Below are positions 11,501 through 24,562 of a stretch of 64,000 bases of DNA, in pieces. The DNA is from Zancudomyces culisetae HAW-14-8 (lineage: Eukaryota; Fungi; Kickxellomycota), in contig JBNJNM010000008.1 in assembly GCA_052426225.1 (NCBI GenBank), positions 558,001 to 622,000 on the forward strand. Direction: 5' to 3'. How positions within the stretch are numbered: position 1 is the stretch's first letter; the number at the start of each line of letters is the position of its first letter. Made by a program: the position numbers and the translations under genes. Under the pieces are notes generated by a model that was not told the origin of the DNA, ran no database searches, and saw only the letters and a list, made by a program, of their open reading frames with translations.

Positions 11501-14500
11501 CAGAACAAGAGGGAGATATTATAAAGAAGATCAACAAAAATATCAGTAGTGAAAGTGAAAGTGCTAGTGCTGGTGGCAGTGGCGAGGGTAAGGGTGAGGG
11601 TGAGGGTGGTGGAATTGGGAGAGCAAAGGTGCGTGAGGGACAAGTTTGTGAGTTGATTGAATATTCCATGAAACACCTAGCGGAACAGCATCCAGGTATC
11701 ATCAGACACCTCTTTAAGGAAAACTATTTAAATATCACCAAATTGATTCGAAACAAGGGGTATTTAGAAACAGTTATTCAGAACGAGTACCTTCTCCCGA
11801 ATGAAATTGTAGAGTTGGTCACTTTTTATCTATCAACAAACACCAAAAACAGTAGCAACAGCGCTGCTATCAGTAATGAAAAAGTGCTAACGAATATACT
11901 GGGATACTATTACCAGACTCAGCTGGTTGATGATTGGGTACGTTCGACTTTGGAAAGGATTTATTTCAACTCTGGCAAAGATGCTGGTGCTAATACCGAT
12001 AAAATGGATAATGTGTTTGAAATGATTGTGCAACGAAATAAACATAACCGAGAAAATATGAATATTTTAGTAAGACTATACATCAAGGTGACAACATCAA
12101 GCACAAGCACAAACTCAAGTTCAAACACAAACTCAAACTCAAGCACTGCCAATTCTACCAGTAATGGTGGTAATGACGTTGCCTTCAGGATAAAAAGCAT
12201 ACTCATGTTAATCAACGAAAAGCTAGAGTTACAGCAACTTGGTGGGGTGGGTAATGAAATCAATTATTTCATTGAGCCATTCTCCATTTTTTGCAACTAT
12301 CAAGACAATAGAAATAGCAACCTCGATGATCCGTCTTACCAATATTATTACCCAATCCTGCTTCATAACATGTATAAAGCACTGAAAGAGCATGGATATT
12401 CACAAACGTATTTAGAGCTATTGAATAATATAGTTTATCCATTTGCTCTAACTAAAAATAATATTCATGGTATGTTGAAGGTTGTTTGTTCCATATTTAA
12501 GGACTATTTGGCCGCATATGATGTTACTAGCAATGAACAGCAAAACAAGCAGTATGCAGGGTCGGCTGCTACAAACAAATCTCATGTAGAACTGGCTGCT
12601 GATCTACTTTCCAAGCTATTTTCGACAGTTATTAACTATGACTACGATTTGTTTAAGGGAAGTAGCAGTGGTTCTGGTACCTCAGCGAACTCGATCTCTA
12701 GAGATATGGTTATAGAAATTGTTGGTTTATACTTTGGGTTTATAAAGAAAATTGGTGATTTGTGCTACGCAACTAAGGATAAAACTCAGGATGAAGTCCA
12801 GATTAAGGATATGCGGAGGATACAGCGATTGCTGATAAGCAGGATTATTGGATACAACTTTGTTCAAGTTCGTCTAAACTATTCAAGTGTTCTGGTTTGC
12901 ATTTATAACCAAAAGAACAACGAAATCAAGAATCTGGTTAAATTCTACTTGTCGGAACTTGAGAATACTGACAAGGGTAAATGTGATGAAGGTGGTGATG
13001 CTGGTATAACTGATGATATGAAAACATATTTGGCGAAAACCATATATCAAGCTGTTGAATTTGACATTGCCAAGTTCCTGGACATTCTGAGCAATACAAG
13101 GGACAGACAAGACTATGTGTACGCATTTATGATACTGCGGTTAGCCACAGAGGGATCAGGACTAAAACACATTAGTAAAAATGCTGAACTCTTTACAGTT
13201 TTGGTCAAGAAATTTAATGAGTGGTACATAAATAATGACCAACGACTGCTAATTTTGATCTCATTGATATGTGAGACCTATGAAACTCTATACAACTCGT
13301 TATCGGGCTTGAGAACGCCAACAATTCTAGCAGACTATTTCGACAGCAGCAGTGACAACAACGGCAATGATGAGAGTAAAAATTGTGCGGATCTAAATGA
13401 ATTGGAGGCTCTTGAACGCTACATATCTCTGGTAAAACAGTACCAACTCGTCGAATGTTCGTTTTTGTACTTGCTCTTGCAGATTAAGGACTATAAACAG
13501 GTTGCTAAATACTATGACTTTTGCAGCTTGCCCATAATGAATAGTCGTGCCATGAGTATCAGTGCCAAGATGGATATGGACATGGACGAACGTCACATAT
13601 CATTTGCCAGTTACTATCTAATGGCAAAACTTCTCGAGGCGTTTCCAACTATTGTCTCCAGCTACTACTACAATAACCAGTCAGCAATTATTACTGGTAA
13701 TTTTACATCAACAGCAGCAGCAGCAACAGCAGCAGCATCTACAACAATGTCATCAATACCAACAGGATCCAGCAACGGCTCGAATTATGGTAGCACCGGA
13801 AATTTTGGTGCTGTAGGTACTGGAGTGGTGCCATCACCCAATGCTCACAAGTCGACTTCAAACAACAATGTGGAAAATCTGAGTATGGCTCTGCATAGCG
13901 TAGATATAACTCATGACTTTAAGCTCTTGAATGGGTTTATAGATTATTACCGAGGCAATAATGATAAGGCATTTGAAATTAGCTATTCGATCCAGGGACA
14001 AAAGACAAGAAAAGACTCAAAGAATCTGTCTGGACAGAATGCGATGGAGGTACAGCAACACAATATCAGCAGTATTGAGCTGAAAATAAAGTCGGTGCGC
14101 TACAAACAACTGCAGCAATCTGAGGACGAGGATATCAAAATGGTGGTTAGGATTCAGCTAGCCAAAAACTATCCACTGCTAAATCTCAACAGCGCTTATG
14201 GCAGTGGTAGTGGGTCTGGAGGAGGATCTACAATGGGTTCAGGAATGGGAATGGGAATGGGTGGTGGTGGTGGTGGTAGTGGTGTAGGGATGGGAGCTGG
14301 TGCAGGAATTGGTGGTGGTGTGGGCGGTATGTCATCACCAATATCTATTACTGAGCAGCACTCAACAATTCCTACAACACCATCCTGGCGTCAAAAGCTA
14401 CAAGTAGAGCTCTACAAACTCATGATTGAATATAACAACTTGGATCTTGCGGTCACTCTAATAGCAAATACGATTATTGAAACACACTTTGTTCAGGCCT

Positions 14501-14733
14501 TTGAACAGCTTGTGCGTGGTGGTGGAATGGGTGCGTGTAGTATATGTTATAGCATTATACTTGATGACAATGATGTTGATAGTGGTAGTGGAGGAGGAGT
14601 GGGATCTGGTATAAATGTTTTGCCAAATAGAAAATGTTCCACTTGTGCTCAATCTTTCCATTCTAAATGTCTTACCAAATGGTTTAAATCTAGTAACCAA
14701 GTTACTTGTCCATTCTGTAAGAATATCTTTTAA
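8549..14733 (+). CDS. RKR1: E3 ubiquitin ligase listerin (ribosome quality control)
   Basis: Exon 1 8549-8601 (MSGKGKG...SSS), intron 8602-8699 and exon 2 8700-14733 give 'SSSRAAKLL'. It has the N-terminal 'KKLGKKEVMTRIKALE' and 'WPRIFEKLIFDVDKRIR' segments, an RWD-like 'YPL', and a C-terminal RING CSICYS...CSTC..FH..CL.KWF.SS....CPFC. Also called LTN1. Confidence 0.93.
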
Positions 14734-15037
14734 TAGTTTTTTTTTCTTTCGCTTTTCCGTATGCTTTTGTTTCCTTAATATATATATATACATATTTATT
14801 TTATTAAATGGTTTATATTCGGATTTATTTGACTGTTGAATGGTGTAAATAAACGTAAATAGACGTAAATGGCACCAAGGCCAATCCATTACTTTTACTT
14901 TTAAATGCAATTACGTACATTGTCTAATTTTATTTTCCGAATTTTAGACTTTATAGGATTTAAAGCGTAGAATATACAATTTAAAAGGCCGAAAATAATA
15001 ATATATGAAAGAAAGGAATAAACAAAAGACAAGAAAA

Positions 15038-16916
15038 ATGACAGAAACACAAAGTGGATTCCCAATCTCCATCGGTAAGAGCGAGAACGACGGTGTAGAA
15101 AACACGAGGCCGAGTCATAAATCCATAACAAACGAGACAAGTAATGACCAGGCTGGATACTTCAACTATTACTCGCACTTTCAGCATCAAGTAGGTTATT
15201 TCTAAATACTCTTTGTAAACTAATCAATATGATATAACATGAAAAATAAAAATAAATGAATAAATAAATAAATAGCAAAATATGCTTCAAGATACTGTTA
15301 GAATGCATACCTACTATAATGTAATCCACAAGAACGCAAAGCGTGCATTCATGAATAAACAAGTTATGGATGTGGGTGCAGGTAGTGGGATTCTATCATT
15401 TTGGTCGATTTTGCATGGCGGTTGCAAACTTGTACATATTGTAGAAGCGAGTACACGAATGTGTATTGAGTGTATAACTCCCTTTTTGCATACAAACATC
15501 AATATCAGCAATAATAGTGGTATTAATGGAGGTGATGACGGGAAAAAACAGAGAAAATATTTGGACTATGCTCATGTTATTAACAAGACTGTTGAGCAAT
15601 TAGTTGATCAACATGAGAGTAGTGGTGGTGATGGTAGTGCTAGTGCTAGTGCTAGTGTTGGTGTTATTGAAAATGGTATCAGCGTTGATACAATCATTTC
15701 AGAACCTATTGGTGTCCTCCTCGTCCACGAACGCATGTTGGAGAGCTTTTTGTTGGCAAGGGACCGGTTTTTGAAAACACCCGAAAATCCATCTCCATCT
15801 AACCATAATGAAATGTCTAATGATACCTTCAATAACAGTGCTGAAGGTGGAAACATATTTCCTAGTGGTGGTAACATAACCATGGTCCCACTTTCAGACC
15901 CATACTTGTACTATGATGTAGTAAACAACAAGTTGGGGTTCTGGAAATACCAGCAGCAACATTTTAGTAGCACCAATAATTTTGCTTCAAGTGGTGGTAC
16001 GCAAACAGATATGCACGATGTCGATGTGATGCATGGGATTGACTTTAGTGCTTGTGACTTGCTATGTAAAAACGCTGAGCGCGAATATTTTGAATCGGTG
16101 TATGTAGGCCCTATAAATACCGATTCTATTCTCTCCACCAGGAATGGTAATGGTAATGGTAATTATGGTGGTGATGGGGTGGAAATGATGTTTAATTTCT
16201 ATACAGATAGCGTTTCCAAACTCCATGCCTTTGATCTTCCATTTAGATGGGAGGTTAGGGATACTGCGATTGTTAACTGCGTGGGCGGGTGGTTTGATGT
16301 GTATTTTTTCCCACGAACCCACGAATATGCCACACACACTTCAGCTAACCACAGTTCTGATTCAAATGTTGAGCCAGAAAAGAGCACAGTAGATCTAGAT
16401 AAATATCGTATCAGGGTTGCAGATGAAGAAATGGAAGGAGATGTACAGGGAGAAAAGGGGCATGGTTTGGTGAAACTGGATACCAGTCCATACAATGCGC
16501 CAACACACTGGCACCAAGTACGTTTGCTTCTAAAGTCACCTATTGCAGTCAATAGAAACGAGGTTTTGTCAGGATATTTCAGTTTTAGAGTCAACAAACA
16601 TCGTAGCTACGATATTTCAATGTATCTAGCCTGTACTCCGTCTTCCTTGAGCGATAATGCCAATGCCAATGCCAATACCAATGCCAATACTAATATTGAT
16701 GTTGATGTTGATGATGACAAATGTAAACCCAACCATAAATACATTCAGACTTGGTATTTGCAAGAACAAATCTACGATTACTCCCACTACAACACTAACA
16801 CAAACACCTATATGAATACTGGCAATACTGGAGCGAGTTCTGGAGATAAAAGCTCTAATAACAGTAATAGTAATAGTAATAGGAATAGGAATAGGCTGAA
16901 CTTCAACATTTATTAG
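15038..16916 (+). CDS. CARM1: Type I protein arginine methyltransferase, CARM1/PRMT4-like
   Basis: Exon 1 15038 (or 15005)-15190, intron 15191-15275, exon 2 15276-16916. Spliced 'YFNYYSHFQHQQNMLQDTVRM..Y', 'VMDVGAGSGILS', double-E loop 'IISEPIGVLLVHERMLES' and 'PTHWHQ' are CARM1-type signatures. Confidence 0.85.
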
Positions 16917-17128
16917 CTTAGATATAAAGAAAATATCACTTTCTTTTATACAAAGATTTGAAAAGCTGAATAAATAAAGTCAAATATTAAATACTAATTT
17001 ATTATGATAATATATATGTATATGTATATATGTATATAGAAAATAAATAAAACACCATTATAAAAACAACAAAAGAACGACGGAATAAAACAGAGTAATT
17101 GAAAAAAAAATAATTAAAATTAGGGAAG

Positions 17129-19633
17129 TTATAATTGCTTTTTAATTCTAAATTCAGCCATAATAGGAATATGATCACTTGGAATATGTTGGTTAGGGAA
17201 TCCCACAACATCTTTAATCCACTCACTATCAATTGGACCCAACACACCAGTAGGAGTCAGGGTAGACTGCGAATACCAAATATAATCAAGGACACCACAA
17301 TAAGTAGGTGTATAATTAGTTAGGCTCAGTTCGCCAATCGGTTGGTACGCCGATCGCAGATTGAAGCTGTGGGTCAAACCGACCTCCCTATAGTTGGAAT
17401 ATCCCTCCAGTTTGGCCAGATCGGGATGGGTATTAGACAACTTGGAGGTCGAAAGAAACTCGTAAAGTCCAGAGTCAGGAGTCGAATTAAAATCACCACA
17501 AATAAGCAGACAGGTATTCTTGGAATTGGAACCCAAAGTATGCTTGAGCTCTTCAACCAACATGGCTACCTGTGCCATCTTGACATCAGTAAAACCAGGA
17601 TCCCAATAGACATGGACGTTCGCTACACAAATATCTACAGCTGGCTGCCGCTTATGGCGTAACATAGTCACGCCACTGATATTGTCCTTGGTCATAAACC
17701 GCGAGAAAAACTGCTGGCTCTTTTTGAAGTCGCCATGGTTCAGTGCCTTTTGCTGGAACTCAATAACATGTGCGCTGACCTTTTCAAACAGATCTGCCTT
17801 GTAAAATGTTGCACAGCCATCCACAGTCTTGCGCTCTTCTTCAGTCATCGTGCGAGCCCGCGATCGAGCCCAAAACTCGCTCTCGTAGCCAACAGCACGC
17901 AGCCGATCGCGAAAGAAACCGGTGTAATCGCCCGTTTCAACTTCCTGGAGACACACAATATCAGCGGCCAGACTTTGCAACTCACTCAAAATGACTTCAC
18001 GGCGGTTCTCCCAGCTCAACGCCCAGCTTGGACAGTAACTATACTGCTGGCTGGATCCGTACTTGGCTGCCAACGTATTGTACGTTGCCACGGTTATAAT
18101 GTCGGGTGATCCCTGTTCAGCTGTCTTATCCAGCACTATCCATCGTCGGTCTTCAGGTGGTCGTGTTGCTGGCGCCAGTTCTCGCAGGTACTCGATGACT
18201 GCTCGTGTCCCGTCCTTCTGCAGGATTCCTCGAATTGGTTCATGCACTGGATTGCCTTCCAGCCCCAGCGTATCCAACATATACAAACTTCCCAGCTCAT
18301 ATGGCAGCTCTGTTAGTCGGTTGTCAAACAATAGCAACTCTTTTAAGCGACAACACAGTCCCAACTGCGGTGGCACGGCTGTAAACTGATTGCCCGACCC
18401 ATCTAACACCTCTAGTTGTCGCAGCTGCGCTATCTGTGGTGGAATGTACTTGAGCTGGTTGTGGTTTATATATAGCTTGGTCAAAAACGTATATCGAAAC
18501 AGGTCGTTGCCTAACACGCGCAGTCCCATTCCTCCCATATCCAATGCCGTCCATCCCATCTCGCCTTCTTTTCCATTGCTTTGCTGTCCTGCTGTAGACT
18601 CTGAGTAGTACGAAACATTGCTCCCTTCAAACCCGGTGCTGCTTCTTGTACTTGCCACCTGCTGGATTGGTGTTACTCCACGTACCCCATGCAGCGGTGT
18701 TCGCCCTCCGCGCAATCTTGCACTCGGTGACCGATGTGTTCCTACCCCTCCTGCATCTTCTCCATTTTCTGCTCCTCCCGTTTCACCACTTGACATGATT
18801 GCTGCCAGATTAGCCTGGTTCCGCTGGTACACCATTGCCGCTTTTGCATGATGGTGTGGTGTCGCCGACGCTCTTGACCGCTGGTGGATTGCTAGCTGCA
18901 CCTGATGGTGCTGGCTTGTCGGGTATACCACCCTATTGTCCATTCCTCCTTGGTGCCCTCCAAGCCCCACTCCCATAGATCCCCCTAGCATCCCCATTCC
19001 TGCTGTCGTTACTCCTCCAAGCTGCCCTGACACTCCCATCCCTATTAATTTCAAATCCATTTATCCTTCAAGTCCTAATTCTGAAAAAAGCGGGTTTGTA
19101 TAACCACTAAATATACGTAAACAGATATCCAACTTACCCAAATTCATTCCTCCTGCTCCTGCCCCTGCTCCCCCTCCTCCTGCTCCACCACCACCGCCTT
19201 TTTGTGTTGCTAGATTTCTGCTTCCAAGTACATTTCCATATCCTGTATACCCTCCTGCTACTGCATTCATGCCTATTTTATCAAAAACAACATTATCTCT
19301 AAGCAAGTTGGCAACACTACGTCTTTAATTCTGTTTAAGATCCCACCTTGGAATTTATTGTTGTTGATAGCCACAACATAACACACTCGATTCCAGTTCA
19401 AAAAAAATATACAAAAAAAAAGGAAAATCACAATAAGCCAATCGCTACTTGAATAGAACCTGCAGCTACTTACCATCTCTGCCCAACCCCAAAACATCAT
19501 TACTGTCTTCCATACCATACCCCACGTGTCCGTGTCCCATCATACCTATTCCGCCCGTCCCATTTGATCCCCCTCCTGCTCCCGCTCCTCCTGCTCCTGT
19601 CCCCCCTCCTCCAGTTTGGTGATTATAATACAT
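17129..19633 (-). CDS. CCR4: CCR4-NOT deadenylase subunit Ccr4 (LRR + EEP nuclease)
   Basis: Exons 19633-19474, 19272-19138 and 19041-17129. The LRR block (WTALDMGGMGL...LGLEGNP) is followed by EEP motifs TYNTLA, CLQEVE, DGCATF, ICGDFNS, LDYIWY and PSDH. Confidence 0.95.
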
Positions 19634-21005
19634 TACTTGTTTTTTTTTCCCCCCGTTATTCTTGTACTATTTTGTTTTTTTTTCTTTAATGGAACCTCGC
19701 TTCAAACGCATTTAAAAAGAATGCCCAACTCGAATTGTCTTTTTAAGCCCGCTTTTGTCTGTGTTCTCTGTTTTCTCTATTCCTTCTTTATTGTATTGTG
19801 TTCAAGTCTTGATTTTCAACCTGTTGATTTCTTATAATGCTGTGTTCTTTGGTGTTCAAAGTTACTTGGTTGTCAATTCATTATTTTCTGTTTTCTTTTA
19901 GTGACAAAAAAAAAATTAAAAAAGCTCGAAATACTAAGCACTAAAAAAAAAAGCGTTATTGTTTATATCTGATATTTTAGATACAGTTTTATTTATCTCT
20001 TTTATTGTGGTTTACTCTTTATTTTATACTGCTTTATTTAAAATATACCATTTCTCTCTCCTTTTTTTAATATACGTAACCAACTGCGTTTTTGTTTTTT
20101 TTTTTTTCGTGTTGTACTTTTTTTCTTATTTTCTCGTTCTTGGTCGGTTTTGCTATTGTTCTTATTCTTGTTCTTTAAATGCTGAATATCAATTTGCAGA
20201 TTTATCAACGACTAAAAATCACCCCCCCCCCTTTTTTTTTTCCAATTATTTATCGCCTTTTCGAACTTTCTATTACTTCAAGGTGCACATACAAAGTGAA
20301 GACGGAAAAATAAAATAATAAAAAATCCTGCATTTGTTTGAACTTTTCCACATATGCCTTATTTTGCCTGCTGACTCGCCCTATTCATTAATTTATTTAT
20401 TTACACAGATTTTGACTTTTTAATGTGGTGTGTTTTTCAATTCTCTGGCTTCATCCACATGCTATGCTACAGCATCCTGTTGTCTAGAGACATTAAACCA
20501 ACTGTGTCACCTTGTGATCCATCCCTGGTTTAAGTATTCCAAAATAGTCTCTGTTATTTCCTTTTTGCATATGTATAAACACCTTACAATTTACACCATG
20601 GCAGAGCCAATAATTCCTAAAACGGTTGGTAATGATGCAGAAAAACACAGCACCATACTGATTGCTGCTTCATAAATACCTCTGCTTCCGAGCTAATATC
20701 CGTGCTCTTATCTACTCAACTGCGCAGGTATTTCACCGATGTATTGTATAGAAATTTTTTTATTAATAAAAAAGATAAATGAATAAAAACTAATAATACT
20801 ATTATCAAGTTTGTTTTTTTTATATAGTAAATTTTACTCTAAAGATAGGTGAGGTACAAATATAGATGTTGTATTGTCTGTTATTTGTAGTAAAAGTTGC
20901 TCACTTTAAATTAACATTTAAAAATGCGGAGGGGAAAAAAAGCGAGTGAAATACAGGAAAGAAGTGAATAAAACTCACACACCTCTTCCATCATCTTTGT
21001 ACATA

Positions 21006-21461
21006 CTAACATTTTACATAGTCCCACTCCATCTTGATCCTTCCTGCACTTTCAGGTGCCAGCTCTTTAAATGCTGCTGGACTCAAATCAATACTTCCAA
21101 ACTCGCACTCGGGGCATTTGTCAACGATAGTAACCTTCACACTCTTATCGTTATGTTTTATCAGTACACATTTATTGCACACTTCGGCGTTATTTGGGTT
21201 GTCATGCTCTCCATACTGTGGTGCATTCATGGCACCTACATAGTCCTTGTTGGTCTTTTTGAACCCACACGATGTTACACCCATTTCTACGTTGTAGAAG
21301 GTAGCATCTCCTTGGAATGGTCCTTTATCAGAACCCTCTCTTCGCAGCAATGCATTGGCATTATTTACTTCTACAACAGCACCACTAACTAGTAGGGATA
21401 GCACTGACAGTGTACTTAGATAACCAAAGAGTGATGATTTTTCTGTGTTTGTGAACTTCAT
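21006..21461 (-). CDS. Secreted RlpA-like double-psi beta-barrel (expansin/loosenin-like) protein
   Basis: Signal-like N-terminus and motifs GDATFY...CG, 'V.V.IVDKCPEC..GSIDLSPAAF..LA....GRI...W'. Confidence 0.9.
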   Translation of the reverse strand: MKFTNTEKSSLFGYLSTLSVLSLLVSGAVVEVNNANALLRREGSDKGPFQGDATFYNVEMGVTSCGFKKTNKDYVGAMNAPQYGEHDNPNNAEVCNKCVLIKHNDKSVKVTIVDKCPECEFGSIDLSPAAFKELAPESAGRIKMEWDYVKC

Positions 21462-22898
21462 TTTCGCTGTGTTGTGCTTGTTTTTTGTTTTCAGTCTGGC
21501 TTATTTTTCTGTCTTATTATGGTAGGCTTATACAGTTGTATTATATTTATAAGTAAGTCTTATATCTCTCAGTTTGATATTGATCAATTCTATTCTTTCT
21601 TTCTTTCGTACCGTCCCGATCCCCTTTTATAGTTTTTTTGTGTGCTCTATCCTTCATCTTATAGTTCAATCGTTTCGAGCACTTTACACTTTTTTTTTTG
21701 GTTCGTTCTGACCATGTCATCTCATCCATCACTCTAGATAGACGAGTTTTTCTGACATGCCTATTGTATAATCTTAGTGTGTATACTCATACTTACTGTA
21801 CAGTTATTTTTAGAAAGTCCCATCCTTTCTGCATAAAAATATATTTTTATACGTTATGGATGACTATATTTATTCATGGTCAAGCATTTCCCCTAATTAT
21901 ACGTTTATAAGTTGGATCCATGTTGGTTTATTTTTGTAAAGACATTTTGGTACAGTTGTAAAATAATTCTATTCTTAGCAACAACTAATCACAAATACAT
22001 ACATCTACAGATTGAACCCAATTCAGTGGTAAAATCCGTGCAAGTGAGATGAAAGGATGTAAATAAAAATGACTCCGAATTATCAACTTTTTGTGCTTTA
22101 CTCCTACTACTCGCAACATGCTAGTTTTTTTTGGAACGGCTTTAATTCTATTAAAATACTTTGGTTAAATCTCTTGCATTCAAAAGTACATTTATAGAAT
22201 GCATATTTGCCTCTCCATCTATTCAAAACGAGTGTCCTGTCAAAATACACGAATAGTAAAATGTTGACTACAGCTACTCATTTTTTTCCCCCACATGTGT
22301 AGATCTCTATGGCAGTGCTGCAGATAGCTTGTGTATTGATTGAATGTGTAGAGGTAAGATTTCTTACTCGCAATTACAACTAAGCTGTTGAATTCTTTGC
22401 TTTATTAGCTAGTAGCAAAATATCAACATCAGCCAAGTGACTCGTATGATATAGTGTGAGGTGAGGTGAAGTGATATGACTTTGTTGATTATGGAATGTG
22501 GATAAAACAAAACTCATTTTTCCCTGTCTCCCCATTACCTCTCCTAAATGCTGAGATTTCTCGCTTTTTTTTTTGCGAGAAAAAGTTGCAGTTAGTAATA
22601 TTCCCAGTACCTTCATTAGCGAGATATAATTAGTTTAACGGCAATGCACCCTCCCTTCTTCAACCCTACCAGCATAACTCACATATTCTTTTAAATTTCG
22701 CCCTCAGTTCCACCATTCCCACCTTCATCGACTTTTTCTGTGCTTTGCGCTAATTGGACAGCTGTTAGCAACCTTAATCCCACACCAAATAGGTGGCATT
22801 TAAAAAAGAATCCAAGTAAACAGAACGAATGGCTATTTTATTTCTTTTGTGTGGGATTTTTCAAATAAGCATCCAGGACTGAAAGCGAATCAATGGTA

Positions 22899-23490
22899 TC
22901 ACCATGTTATCCTCCTCCCCAGTGGTAACCTAAATGGAATATCGCATCTGCGCAACATCAATGAGAGTGAGATATAAAAAGCCAAAACTCCCGCAACCAT
23001 TCCCACAGCTGCACCAACAACATTTACGGTTCTGCTGTCTGTCCATACACCTATAGTGCTCAATAAACTACTAAGTGATAAAAATCCAAACAGAAACACT
23101 GTGGTAATATTTTTCCCAATGGCACACAAAAATAAAATAATTCCCCAAATACAAAGCGGGAGGTGTGAGATTCCATTTTGGACATCAAGTATGTTGTTTT
23201 TGTTAATACTTCCAGACGTAGTGCCAACATTTATAAGGATAAACCGAATTCCATACGCCATCCAGATGCATCCAAAGGACGTAAATGTGACACCATGAAA
23301 CGTGTCGAGGGAGAGTATTGAAAAAACCCCAGCTATCAGCTGCGCCAACCCTCCGATGAATAATATTATCCCCTGTAATGCAAACCACTTTTTTGTATTC
23401 TTCAACGTTCCAGTTATATAATGCTATGGTTCCCAGTTCAAGAGCTACAAATCCGAAACCCATTAATCCCAGCGGAATTACATCACCATA
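22899..23490 (-). pseudogene. GPR1/FUN34/YaaH (Ady2/SatP) transporter paralog with a one-base frameshift
   Basis: 'YGDVIPLGLMGFGF...EYKK' is in one frame and 'KKWFALQG..FIGGLAQ...' in another. They join if one A is removed from the A6 run at 23389-23394. Collinear with the intact neighbour. Confidence 0.7.
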
Positions 23491-23887
23491 AAATGCAAAA
23501 GCTAAATATACATGTTTATATGCTACCCTTGATCAAATGCTAGCTCACCACTTGAGAAACGGCTAACAATAAAAAAAAGCATGTTGAAAAAACCCTGATT
23601 CAATAATTTCCCAACAATCATCGTCCAAATCCAACATGTACATATATACTCTAACCAGGTATCATGAGGGGGACAATAAGGCCATTGTTTTACCATTTTT
23701 GAAGTTTTTTTAGGGAATCACCATTGTAAAAACGTGTATAACAGGCTTTACTGATTCCCCAAGGGCGATATATATTAGACCTTTTATTTACATTTGAATA
23801 TTGATTAACATGTGCAGGGGTGGGTAAAAAAAGCTAGTCCTAAATAAAATACGGCTAAGCAAAATTAGGAAAGTTCGGGATTAGCTA

Positions 23888-24562
23888 TTAGAACAATCGC
23901 TTGCCTAAGGGAATCTTCACTGAAGGATTACATCTACCAACAAATATTGACAACCCATTGTAGAAGGCATTGAGTCCCAGAATTATTCCAATAATAGATG
24001 CTACAATACCAAGAGTTTCGCCACCTACCCAGGCCTCAATGGTACGAAGATACACATACAAATTTAGCAGGATAAACAAAACGAAAACGGCGAATGGCTT
24101 CCTAAGGTTGCACATTAAGAGTGTAAAAACCCAGATACATAGTGAGATGTGGGCAATTCCCTCCTGGATTTCATATATGTATTTTTTGCTTGGGTCAACA
24201 AGAATTGTGTCAGTATTCGAAAGATAGTAGCGGACTCCGTTGGACATCCAAATACATCCGAACGAAGTAAATGCAACCCCGTGGAATGTGTCGAGATTCA
24301 AAAAGCAGAATATTCCAGCAACAAATTGTGCCAATCCACCTATAAACATACCATCACCTATTAAGAAGAATTGTTTTTCATAGGCACCAATACTCCATTT
24401 GTATAAAGCCAAGATACATGACTCAACGGTAACAAATCCGAAGCCTGCTAAACCCAAAGGAACAGCATCACCGTAGGGCAATTTTTCGGGTTCATGCGCT
24501 AACTGAGCATCCTCCAGTGTAAGCTTTTCATGACTTCTTGAGCTGTGTTCTGAAATGTCCAT
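23888..24562 (-). CDS. GPR1/FUN34/YaaH family (Ady2/SatP-type acetate/ammonium) transporter
   Basis: About six hydrophobic helices, with 'PLGLAGF', 'FIGGLAQFVAG', 'TFHGVAFTSFG.IW' and C-terminal 'IPLG'. Confidence 0.85.
   Translation of the reverse strand: MDISEHSSRSHEKLTLEDAQLAHEPEKLPYGDAVPLGLAGFGFVTVESCILALYKWSIGAYEKQFFLIGDGMFIGGLAQFVAGIFCFLNLDTFHGVAFTSFGCIWMSNGVRYYLSNTDTILVDPSKKYIYEIQEGIAHISLCIWVFTLLMCNLRKPFAVFVLFILLNLYVYLRTIEAWVGGETLGIVASIIGIILGLNAFYNGLSIFVGRCNPSVKIPLGKRLF

Noticed and set aside
20430-20740. Coding-like, stop-interrupted stretch between CCR4 and the RlpA-like gene
   Set aside because: No recognisable family or consistent exon structure.
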